From Guillardia theta CCMP2712 (lineage: Eukaryota > Protista > Cryptophyta), in assembly GCF_000315625.1 (NCBI RefSeq), contig NW_005434667.1, positions 405,160 through 469,159 on the forward strand: a stretch of 64,000 bases of DNA, written 5' to 3'. Shown here piece by piece: positions 1 to 8,191 of this stretch. A model generated the notes under the pieces. That model did no database searches. It was not told where the DNA came from and saw only the letters and a program-made list of their open reading frames with translations. How positions within the stretch are numbered: the stretch's first letter is position 1; the number at the start of each line of letters is the position of its first letter. The translations under genes and the position numbers were made by a program.

Positions 1-1
1 T

Positions 2-2464
2 CCAATAATTTTCAGATTCCTCTGAGAAGCCCGTAGTTATAGTAAAAGTATGAAGACACACATCTATGTTGTGTTCACTTATCAATCTTGGATTCTTGAT
101 GTACTTTTTTTGTTCTTCTTTATTATCCCCTGTGATTATGAGATGTTTGATGGCATGTTTATTGAATTCCTCTTCAAACCGTTGCTTGTTGCACTTGAAG
201 ACCACCACCCCACATATCTTATGTCCATTCTTCACATCCTCTATAATGTTTTTCAAGAAGTACTCTGATACATTGTACCTTTCTCTGTCAATATTTTTAG
301 AGTATCTACGTATATCACAGCGCAGGTTGTATCTCTGCTTGAAACGGATATCGTCTGTATGATAGAAATCTACCGGTTTGTTGAACCTCTTCGACAGATC
401 ATATAGAAAATCTACAGAGGCCCTGCTGAATCTAAATAGAGCTTCCGCAAATATTACCCTCTTCAGATCACTATAGGTGAATAGATCATTCAACACATTA
501 ACTATTTCCTCTCTCACATTCTTGTTCTTTCGCTCATCGGTTGTTGGATTTACCAATGAATTGGTGAGCTCATCTAACTCATCTATTATGATATATTCGT
601 AATCGAAGCGTTCTAACTTGCTAAGGGATTGGATAGAGATAATAAGACGTCCTTTCTTGAAGCGATCAGGAACTGTTATGTCATTGTACAGACTAAATGT
701 TTGGAGCCATTTCTCCATCATTATCCCATTCACTCTTGTCTTTAGAGTGGTTGCTAGATTTATGTTGGACACTATGATCAGAACATTATCTTCGCGGTTC
801 ATTATATCTTGGAGCATGTATTCGGTCTTCCCAAATCCCATTGAGGCTGATAGAGCAATGAATGTCTTATCTGACTCTATCTTCTCTCCAAATGAGGGAT
901 AAGGGAGCACATTGAACCTTTCCTTGATATAATCTAGACTGACTGTTGTGTTCCTTGGTAGGTTGTGTCTGTGCCACGATGAAACCACATTCTCATCATA
1001 CAACTTGGCAATCATTACAAGACTGCCAATTGGATCTGCCCATTGTAATGTAGACTTATGAAGCATGCTGTTTAGTCTTGACAACATCTCTTGTAGGGTC
1101 ATGTTCATTGAATCTGGACTGCCTTCCCTAAATGACTGTAGCAAACCATGTAAAGAACATAACTTTGTTTCATATAAGGACATTATGTTGTTTCGATGTA
1201 TCTCCACATCATCCGTTCTCATGGTTGGACACAGTCTCTCTAGCTCCTCGATCATCTGTCCTTTTGACAGGCTCCCATACCTCTTGACCTTCAATTCCTT
1301 ACACTTGTTCAGGAGTGTCACCTTGTTCCATGTTAGGTATTGACAATGATTTACATAGGCCTGATGGGTCCATTCTGTCATGAGTGATAGAAACACATCA
1401 ATCCTATCTTCATATTTGATGTGGACAGAGCCCTGTAAGTCATTGAACAATTCCTCAGAGGTTTCTGTCAAGAAGTTAGTGACTGTTAAGATTAACTTCT
1501 TCCAGTTATATGTGTCGATCGAATTTATATCATTCTTGATAGTCTTTATCACGAACATGACAAAGTGTTCATTAATATCTGGCTTCAATACATGTACATT
1601 GTTGTTCAATTGTAATGTCTCATTCACACGCCTTATAGGAACTATCTTCAAGGTCTTCTTTTTTTCACTCAATATACTCGGATCGAATTTAGAGAATCTA
1701 TTTGATTCTTCATATTCACCTACAAGGTATTTGTAGAATGGTTCTCCTCGTGGTTTTACCGCTCTCTTTATTGTAGGTGTTATGATGTATCGGTTGTTGT
1801 GGTAGATCATCTTGGATTGGTTGATAAGCCTGAATTGTTGATGCTGTTTGTAGATTGCCATGTCAATGACATTCTTCTGAAGACTTGGTAGATGTCTCTT
1901 TATCTTCACCTCAAAATCTGTTACAGGCACCTCTATTATCTTCATTAGGTCTCGACAATATCTCCAATCAAGGTATATTGGGAGTATCACATGGTAAGAC
2001 AATTTGTATCTTGCTTCCGCATGCTGTCTGCCACTCGATTCACATATGATTACATCGTCAGCATTCAATCCTTCAATGCCCAATTCAACTGTCATAACGT
2101 CTATGCTGTTCTTGGCGAACTCTATGATCTCATCTAATAGAGGATATTGGCCTTCTGATTGCATCTTCTCATATTCATTGGCCTTCTCTTCATCCTCAAC
2201 CATTATGTCTATATCAATTGGCAAACCTGTGTTTCTGCCATGTTTCAGGATCTCATATAGATTCAGGTTTTGGTCTATCATTGGATTCTTGTAATCTGTA
2301 ACACAGAACTCCTTTGTGACTTTCTTTTTGAGATCATTTGCGTGAATATTCTTCTTGTCACTGCTTAGAATGATGCTTGATCTTCCAAGAGGGTTCTCTT
2401 GGAAGAGTTTCCCATCTTTTATCTGACCATACCATTTCTTCACATGATCTGTCTTTTGTGACAT
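2..2464 (-). CDS. AEP (PrimPol-type) primase fused to a herpes UL9-like origin-binding SF2 helicase; 3' partial, >820 aa
   Basis: Hand translation from ATG 2464 (MSQKTDHVKKWYGQ...). AEP motifs LPIDIDI, KLSYHVI, IDMAIYKQHQQFRLINQSK. Walker A SASMGFGKT, Walker B YIIIDE, later motif DVCLHTFTITTGFS. The same frame still encodes helicase motifs at the window edge, which is why it is absent from the ORF track. Confidence 0.85.
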   Translation of the reverse strand, partial: MSQKTDHVKKWYGQIKDGKLFQENPLGRSSIILSSDKKNIHANDLKKKVTKEFCVTDYKNPMIDQNLNLYEILKHGRNTGLPIDIDIMVEDEEKANEYEKMQSEGQYPLLDEIIEFAKNSIDVMTVELGIEGLNADDVIICESSGRQHAEARYKLSYHVILPIYLDWRYCRDLMKIIEVPVTDFEVKIKRHLPSLQKNVIDMAIYKQHQQFRLINQSKMIYHNNRYIITPTIKRAVKPRGEPFYKYLVGEYEESNRFSKFDPSILSEKKKTLKIVPIRRVNETLQLNNNVHVLKPDINEHFVMFVIKTIKNDINSIDTYNWKKLILTVTNFLTETSEELFNDLQGSVHIKYEDRIDVFLSLMTEWTHQAYVNHCQYLTWNKVTLLNKCKELKVKRYGSLSKGQMIEELERLCPTMRTDDVEIHRNNIMSLYETKLCSLHGLLQSFREGSPDSMNMTLQEMLSRLNSMLHKSTLQWADPIGSLVMIAKLYDENVVSSWHRHNLPRNTTVSLDYIKERFNVLPYPSFGEKIESDKTFIALSASMGFGKTEYMLQDIMNREDNVLIIVSNINLATTLKTRVNGIMMEKWLQTFSLYNDITVPDRFKKGRLIISIQSLSKLERFDYEYIIIDELDELTNSLVNPTTDERKNKNVREEIVNVLNDLFTYSDLKRVIFAEALFRFSRASVDFLYDLSKRFNKPVDFYHTDDIRFKQRYNLRCDIRRYSKNIDRERYNVSEYFLKNIIEDVKNGHKICGVVVFKCNKQRFEEEFNKHAIKHLIITGDNKEEQKKYIKNPRLISEHNIDVCLHTFTITTGFSEESENYW

Positions 2465-2568
2465 TGTTTGATATGTTTTTTAAATTCAAATACTCATTTA
2501 TTCTTTAAGTATTTTTACGCATCTTGAAAAACAATTTAAGCATAATTAAGATATTATATTATATACAA

Positions 2569-2955
2569 ATGGAAACACCTACCTTATCCCCTGAAGAAAT
2601 CAAGAAAATCAAAAGGAGAGAGTATCAGCGTGAATATCAGAAAAACTACTGGACTGATAGAAAAATTGCTTATCAAAAAGCATACCAAAAAAACTACCAG
2701 CGAGGGTATCAATTACAATATCAAAGGACTCATCATACTACCTTGCAAAGGTATCATAACAAGACCCCCGAAGAAAAACAACAGGTCATCGAATACAACA
2801 AACAGTGGTTACAACAATTGTCTCCTGAAAAACAACAGGAATACAAGGATAATCATCGTGAAGCCTCTCTCAATTGGTATCATCAGAACAAAGATGAGAT
2901 CAATCGAAAGAGACGCGAAAGATATCAACAAAAGAAACTACTACAGAATTCCTAA
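2569..2955 (+). CDS. Small basic Y/Q/K/R-rich viral hypothetical protein
   Basis: ORF 2524..2955, first ATG at 2569 (METPTLSPEE). YQxxYQ repeats; C-terminus RRERYQQKK. Confidence 0.65.
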   Translation: METPTLSPEEIKKIKRREYQREYQKNYWTDRKIAYQKAYQKNYQRGYQLQYQRTHHTTLQRYHNKTPEEKQQVIEYNKQWLQQLSPEKQQEYKDNHREASLNWYHQNKDEINRKRRERYQQKKLLQNS

Positions 2956-2995
2956 TTCTTGTTTTTCCATTAAGCTATCCATTGCTTAATATTTT

Positions 2996-3180
2996 ACACG
3001 ATCACGTACCAAGCTTTTAGAAAAACCTTGACCAAAATATTCCATATGATACCTCTATATCACTCTTTAAATACTATACAGGCATGTTGTGATCATTCAA
3101 CCAAGATATCAACTATCATCTATATGGCGTTTGAAGAGATCATATAGAGACATATATGGATCTTGTACCAAGCATTGTGT
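2996..3180 (+). repeat. Structured non-coding element, copy 1 (long imperfect hairpin)
   Basis: Starts ACACGATCACGTAC, ends TTGTACCAAGCATTGTGT. Internal complementary blocks TCCATAT/ATATGGA, CTCTATAT/ATATAGAG, CTCTTTAAAT/GTTTGAAGAG. Confidence 0.85.
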
Positions 3181-3194
3181 ATTTATGTGTCAGT

Positions 3195-3533
3195 CTAAGC
3201 GCGTTCGGGGCGCTCCCCGATAGCTCTCTTCTGCTCCTGATACCTCTCACGTCTTCTTGCCTTGATCCGTTCCCGTTTTACAGGGTCTTCATATTGCTTC
3301 CTGTTGCCTTCCTTGACTCTCTCTCTGAATTCTTCATCTGCTTTGTACCTATCATTACGGTAACGTCTTAGATAGTCATTGATTCTTTCTCTGAATTCTG
3401 GATCTGTATTATATCGAGTCTTGTTATACTCTGCAATATAATCATAAATCTCTTGTATTGTCCCATCCTCTTTTCTTCGTTGTAGATAGGCTTTGTTGTA
3501 TTGTCTCATAGCTTCTTTCTTGTCTTCCGACAT
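3195..3533 (-). CDS. Small basic Y/R/K/E-rich viral hypothetical protein, probable paralog of 2569..2955
   Basis: ORF 3195..3575, first ATG at 3533 (MSEDKKEAMRQY). C-terminal RRRERYQEQKR. The last codons lie inside the GC-hairpin repeat. Confidence 0.65.
   Translation of the reverse strand: MSEDKKEAMRQYNKAYLQRRKEDGTIQEIYDYIAEYNKTRYNTDPEFRERINDYLRRYRNDRYKADEEFRERVKEGNRKQYEDPVKRERIKARRRERYQEQKRAIGERPERA
3197..3220 (+). repeat. GC-rich hairpin motif AAGCGCGTTCGGGG-CGCT-CCCCGA
   Basis: Perfect TCGGGG/CCCCGA stem. Recurs at ~3782, 5848, 5878, 5945, 6935 and three times inverted at 16750-16902. Confidence 0.85.
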
Positions 3534-3580
3534 CCTCTTCTCTCTATATATTATACATTTTCTCTTTATATCCAACCTTT

Positions 3581-3740
3581 ACACGATCATGTACAATACA
3601 CAATATCACTGTTCTATAGCATTCTCTTTATATCATAAAGGTACGTTGTGATCATTCAACCAAGATATCTACTATCATCTATATGGCGTTTGATGAGGTG
3701 ATATAGAGACAATATATGGATCTTGTACGAGATGTTGTGT
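3581..3740 (+). repeat. Structured non-coding element, copy 2
   Basis: ACACGATCATGTACAA...TTGTACGAGATGTTGTGT. The left arm resembles copies 4/5 and the right arm resembles copy 1. Confidence 0.85.
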
Positions 3741-3878
3741 TATGTATTCATGTAGGCCTTACCTCAGTCTTACCTCAGTCTTAGCGCGTCCGGGAGGTCC
3801 CCTGTATCACACATCATCCTCATAACAAATTGATATAAGGAATAAACGAATATATATAGGTAGGTAGGTAAGTAAGCA

Positions 3879-5438
3879 ATGACTTCTAATAAACCCTCCC
3901 CTTTCGACTTTCTAGGCCATCTTGTATATGATGCCCAAGATCTCAAAAAGTTCAATCCCTCTTTTTTCTATGGATGTTCCTCCAAAGGTGTCCGACAAAT
4001 CATCATCAAACAATCTATCCCTCAGTCTGAATACTTCTTCGGACTTCTCACTAAGAATATCTGGAAGCAGTTCGACGCAGACTATAAGAAGGCCAAGCTC
4101 CTTCTCTCCCAACGGTGGGTCCTCGAACATGTCCCTAACATGATAGATCAACCTACACCTGTCCAAGAACAACCCGAACCTGTCAAAGAACAATCCGAAC
4201 CTGTCAAAGAACAACCCGAACCTGTTGAGGAGCAGACCGTCACACAGTGTGAGCCTGCGCCACCTATCATCGAGCTCAAGGATGAAGAGAAGTTCAAGGA
4301 TGATAAAGGAAAGTGTCTTGAGATTGAGGTCAGAGGGGAGAGAGAACATAATAAATGCTTCTTCAAGGTTTCGGATGTATCCAGAGCATTCAAGATGGAT
4401 AATATCCGAACTACTATTCTACATGCTGATAGAGGATATGTTGAAAGAGTTCATTATAAAACGTTTATTACGGTGCTCAATGAGCACACCACCGAACAGA
4501 ATAAAACGAATACACCGAATAAAACCTTTCAGAAGAGGCTCTTCCTTACATACAATGGCATGTTGAAGGTGTTGTTCTCTTCTAGGAGTGGCAATGCTGA
4601 AAATTTCCAAGAATGGGCTTCAAGGATCCTCTTTACGGTCCAGATGGGAACTATTGAACAGAAACAGGAATTGGCATCTACTATGCTTGGTGTAAACATT
4701 GATTCATTCAGGGAGTTCTTGAGTTGTGGGATCACACCCGAGGTGTCATGCTTGTATTTGATAACTCTGGGATATGTCAAGGATGTGAGAGATGATATGG
4801 ACATCCCTAAGAGACACAAGGACAATGCCATTGTTTGTAAGTTTGGTATAAGTAATAATATAGATCAGCGTTTGATGCAGCACAAGAGGGGGTTCAAGGA
4901 CATCGAGAGAATGGATATGAGAGTTAAATGTTTTGGATATATAGATAAGACGTATACTAGTAAGGCAGAGACGGAATTGAAACATGAGTTGTATGATGGT
5001 TTGGTGGCGGATGAGGAGATATCTGTGAGATTGGAGTATAAGAAGCATACGGAGATAGTGGTATTGACACCATTACAATTCAAGCATGTGACACAGAGTG
5101 TGTATCCGAATCTTACAAAGAGGTACGGTCAATCAGTGGCAAGATTTACGCAGGATATAGAGGAGTTGCGTAAGGAACTTGAACGACAGCAAGTGGAGCA
5201 TAAGAGGGAGCTTGAGCAACAAGAGAGAGAACATAAGAGGGAGCTTGAGCAACAAGAGAGAGAACATAAGAAAGACCTTGAACAACATGAGAAGGAGATG
5301 GAACATGTACGAGAGAGACATGAACTGGACATACAATTGCGGGTTGAACAGGAAAGGAATAAATCACTGACAATAATATCTGAACTGAAGGATACACTCT
5401 TAGCTATGTATAAAGCTTCACCTAAGATTCCCTTTTAG
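3879..5438 (+). CDS. NCLDV-type Bro-N-like DNA-binding protein with T5orf172/MUG113 (GIY-YIG-like) domain and coiled-coil tail
   Basis: 519 aa. PPIIELKDEEKFKD..EIEVRGER..CFFKVSDVSRAF..LFLTYNGMLKVLFSSR..FQEWA (Bro-N-like). LYLITLG..KFGISNNIDQRLMQH..AETELKH (T5orf172-like). EHKRELEQQER repeats. Confidence 0.75.
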   Translation: MTSNKPSPFDFLGHLVYDAQDLKKFNPSFFYGCSSKGVRQIIIKQSIPQSEYFFGLLTKNIWKQFDADYKKAKLLLSQRWVLEHVPNMIDQPTPVQEQPEPVKEQSEPVKEQPEPVEEQTVTQCEPAPPIIELKDEEKFKDDKGKCLEIEVRGEREHNKCFFKVSDVSRAFKMDNIRTTILHADRGYVERVHYKTFITVLNEHTTEQNKTNTPNKTFQKRLFLTYNGMLKVLFSSRSGNAENFQEWASRILFTVQMGTIEQKQELASTMLGVNIDSFREFLSCGITPEVSCLYLITLGYVKDVRDDMDIPKRHKDNAIVCKFGISNNIDQRLMQHKRGFKDIERMDMRVKCFGYIDKTYTSKAETELKHELYDGLVADEEISVRLEYKKHTEIVVLTPLQFKHVTQSVYPNLTKRYGQSVARFTQDIEELRKELERQQVEHKRELEQQEREHKRELEQQEREHKKDLEQHEKEMEHVRERHELDIQLRVEQERNKSLTIISELKDTLLAMYKASPKIPF

Positions 5439-5453
5439 AATCATGTTTTCTTC

Positions 5454-5640
5454 ACACGATCACGTACCAAGCTTTTAGAAAAACCTTGACCAAAATATTC
5501 CATATAACACCTCTATATCACTCTTTAAGTATTATATCAGCATGTTGAGATTATTCAACCTAGATATCACAACATGCCTATATTGTACTCCAGAAGCAGT
5601 GATAGAGAGTATCATATGGATCTTGTATGAGGTATTGTGT
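5454..5640 (+). repeat. Structured non-coding element, copy 3
   Basis: First ~75 nt are near-identical to copy 1. The right arm has diverged but still pairs (TATCACT/AGTGATA, GCATGTTG/CAACATGC). Confidence 0.85.
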
Positions 5641-5670
5641 GTGATTCATATAGGCCTTATTGTGTCCTTC

Positions 5671-5831
5671 ACACGATCACGTACAATACACAATATGACT
5701 CTTCTATATACTTCTCTTATGATCATATACAAAAATGTTGAGAATACAAAAATTAGGACATTCAACGAATATGTATAGAGTAAAAGAGCGGTACATAGCA
5801 GCATGATATAGTGTTGTACGAGACATTGTGT
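5671..5831 (+). repeat. Structured non-coding element, copy 4
   Basis: ACACGATCACGTACAA...TTGTACGAGACATTGTGT. The 5' ~95 nt are near-identical to copy 5. Confidence 0.85.
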
Positions 5832-5847
5832 CTGCCTGCCTAGGTCT

Positions 5848-5968
5848 AAGCGCGTTCGGGGCGCTCTCCCCGACAATAAGCGCGTCCGGGGGCGAAGCAA
5901 CGAAGTTGCTAAGCTTAGGAGCAAAGCTCCTTCGCATCCCCGGGGCGCGTTCGGGGCGCTCTCCCCGA
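5848..5968 (+). repeat. Cluster of three GC-rich hairpins; the middle one is a cloverleaf
   Basis: GCGCGTTCGGGGCGCTCTCCCCGA twice, flanking CCGGGG-GCGAAG[CAAC-GAA-GTTG][CTAAGCTTAG][GAGC-AAA-GCTC]CTTCGC-AT-CCCCGG. Confidence 0.85.
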
Positions 5969-5985
5969 TATGTGTTTTAGAATAA

Positions 5986-6713
5986 ATGTCTATAGGAAGC
6001 ATTCAAGATCACTTCAAATCATTCCACAAGTCTATGGATGATCTCTTGTTTATTCTAAAGGGTGTTCAACCGCGGATATTGGATAGAATTGATCGCATAT
6101 ATTATATAAATTTGGATAAGAGGATTGATAGGAAGGAGCATATAGAGAGGGAGATCCGAGAGATACTGGATGAGGATCTAAGTAAGACGGTGAGGATACC
6201 TGGAGTGATATATGATAAATTTGGTGGGAGATTGAGGGTGCGATAGGTTGTAGTATGGCGCATAGGAATGCGATAAGATTAGCGATAGAAGAGGATGTGA
6301 GAAATGTGATAATATTGGAGGATGATTTTAAATTTGTGTGTGATCGTGATAGATTGAAGTGTAATTTGGAGGGTTTTATGTTGAGATATGTGGATTATGA
6401 TATGTTGTTGTTTGGAGTGAGTTCACCGGAGGTGGAATATGAGAGAGAGTATGAGGATTTTAAGAGGATAAATTACAGTCAGACGACATCAGGGTATATG
6501 TTGTCGAAGAAGGGGTTAGAGAAGATGAGGGGTGTATGTGAAGTGAGCATAGATTCTCTCATTCAAACTAAGAATGTATCGAAGCATGCGATAGATATAC
6601 AATGGAACTCGATAATGAGAGAGGGGGAGGTGTATGTGTTTCCGTTTAGGGTTGGAAAACAGATAGAGAGCTACAGTGACATTGAAAGCAGATTTGTCTC
6701 ATATGGTGTTTAG
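5986..6713 (+). pseudogene. Glycosyltransferase family 25, split by a 1-nt frameshift at ~6226-6229 (pseudogene or sequencing error)
   Basis: IYYINLDKRIDRKEH in the first ORF; AIGCSMAH and IILEDD in the next frame. Adding one G to GGTGGGAG restores ...KFGGEIEGAIGCSMAHR... Confidence 0.8.
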
Positions 6714-6756
6714 ACCTTCTTTAAATCGTCTATATTGGTCTTTCCACGATGTCTTC

Positions 6757-6917
6757 ACACGATCACGTACAATACACAATATCACTCTTCTATATACTTC
6801 TCTTATGATCATATACAAACATGTTGAGAATACAAAAATTAGGACATTCAATGAACCTGTATGAAGAACAAAGATCATATATAGGAGCATGATATAAAGT
6901 TGTACGAGACATTGTGT
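6757..6917 (+). repeat. Structured non-coding element, copy 5
   Basis: Same termini as copy 4; followed 17 nt later by the cloverleaf GC hairpin. Confidence 0.85.
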
Positions 6918-6934
6918 CATTTGCATCCGGATGA

Positions 6935-7035
6935 AAGCGCGTTCGGGGGCGAAGCAACGAAGTTGCTAAGCTTAGGAGCAAAGCTCCTTCGCATCTCCCC
7001 GATAGCTATCCCCGACCCCGACCCCGATTCCGGGA
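6935..7035 (+). repeat. Cloverleaf GC hairpin plus short CCCCGA tandem
   Basis: 44-nt core identical to 5892-5935, followed by repeated CCCCGA. Confidence 0.8.
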
Positions 7036-7324
7036 TATAAGTCTATTTGCTAGAACGAGATATTCGAATGGTATTTTCTCATGGATGGTGTGCTAAGTGA
7101 TTTTGAATACACAGTTCATTTTTACCATCTTGTATAAAAATTATAGAATGTAAGAAGCAAAACAATCATGCTACAAAATAGTGAATGATTTGCATATAAC
7201 TACAGAGAATGATGAAGCTGAGATCTGTTGCGGATCTTAGCGGCTAAGACGGTCCGAGCCACATTTGCTATAGCACTTTTACTCATTATAAAGCATTTTG
7301 TAACCATTTGTAACCGTTTTAGGT

Positions 7325-7419
7325 AAAAGTGATCACGGTCGTTTAGTCTTCCCTCAACCAAACACCTACACAACCAACCCGCAACACCCGCTCTACCAAC
7401 ACCAACAGACAGATACACA
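7325..7419 (+). promoter_or_regulatory. Putative viral early promoter AAAAGTGA plus C/A-rich 5' leader, repeated before each HMG paralog
   Basis: Near-identical ~95-nt block upstream of 7420, 8192, 8937, 12259 and 12979. Resembles the Mimiviridae early motif AAAATTGA. Confidence 0.6.
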
Positions 7420-7983
7420 ATGGCCCCTACCACCATCAACACCGTTATCTCCATCATCACCTCCGACTTCCAGGATGTCATCGACAAGAAGGAGCTCATC
7501 CAGGTCCTCAAGACCAAGCAGGCCGAGATCAAGAAGGAGGCAAAGAACGCCAGAGCCGACAGGCCGCCCACTGCCTACAACGTCTACATGTGGGAGAAGA
7601 TGAAGTCAGAGGATCTAGCCAACCTCAAGCCCAAGGAGAGGATGTCCGTCATCTCAAAGCAATGGAAGGATGATGCCGAACAGTACAAGGCCGACAAGGC
7701 GTGGTATGACCGCGCCTCGGAGGAGATGAGACAGGAGAAGGATGCGAAGAAGACAGAAGACAAGGACACATCCAAGGATGCCGAGAAGGAAGCCAAGAAG
7801 GCTGAGAAAGAGGCTGAGAAGGAAGCCAAGAAGGCTGAGAAAGAGGCTGAGAAGGAAGCCAAGAAGGCTGAGAAAGAGGCCGCTAAGGAAGCCAAGAAGG
7901 CCGCTAAAGAGGCTGAGAAGGAGGCAAAGAAGGCCGCTAAAGAGGCCGAGAAGGAGGCCAAGAAGGCCGCTAAGACTAAATAG
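7420..7983 (+). CDS. HMG-box-like protein with EAEKEAKKA(A/E)K repeat tail, paralog 1
   Basis: RPPTAYNVYMWEKM..KPKERMSVISKQWK..EQYKA matches the HMG-box pattern. 11-aa repeat tail. Confidence 0.8.
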   Translation: MAPTTINTVISIITSDFQDVIDKKELIQVLKTKQAEIKKEAKNARADRPPTAYNVYMWEKMKSEDLANLKPKERMSVISKQWKDDAEQYKADKAWYDRASEEMRQEKDAKKTEDKDTSKDAEKEAKKAEKEAEKEAKKAEKEAEKEAKKAEKEAAKEAKKAAKEAEKEAKKAAKEAEKEAKKAAKTK

Positions 7984-8034
7984 AGTGTGAACTCATACAC
8001 TCGGGCATATAAAGGAAGATAATCCTTTTTATGC
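7983..8034 (+). terminator. Double 3' hairpin after the HMG gene (also after 8722, 9512, 12768; variant after 13581)
   Basis: GAGTGT-8nt-ACACTC followed by GCATATAAAGGA-AGATAA-TCCTTTTTATGC. Confidence 0.55.
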
Positions 8035-8191
8035 TTTCATCATATTTCCTTTCATGATACTAAATGTATTTGTAGCAATCTGTTTCAACTCAAAGCAAAA
8101 GTGATCACGGTCGTTTAGTCTTCCCTCAACCAAACACCTACACGACCAACCCGCAACACCCGCTCTACCAACACCAACAGACAGATACACA

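Noticed and set aside
50-2294. Short plus-strand ORFs in the ORF track
   Set aside because: Antisense shadows of the long minus-strand primase-helicase frame.
5886-5943. tRNA gene (cloverleaf)
   Set aside because: Only ~58 nt, with 3-nt loops and no anticodon, D or T loop consensus.
2996-6917. Classical MITE
   Set aside because: Termini are only imperfectly inverted and no target-site duplication is seen at any copy.
5646-6981. Paired similar ORFs (5646..6002/6699..6926, 5704..5937/6790..6981)
   Set aside because: The similarity comes from the non-coding repeat; frames and starts are not conserved across copies.
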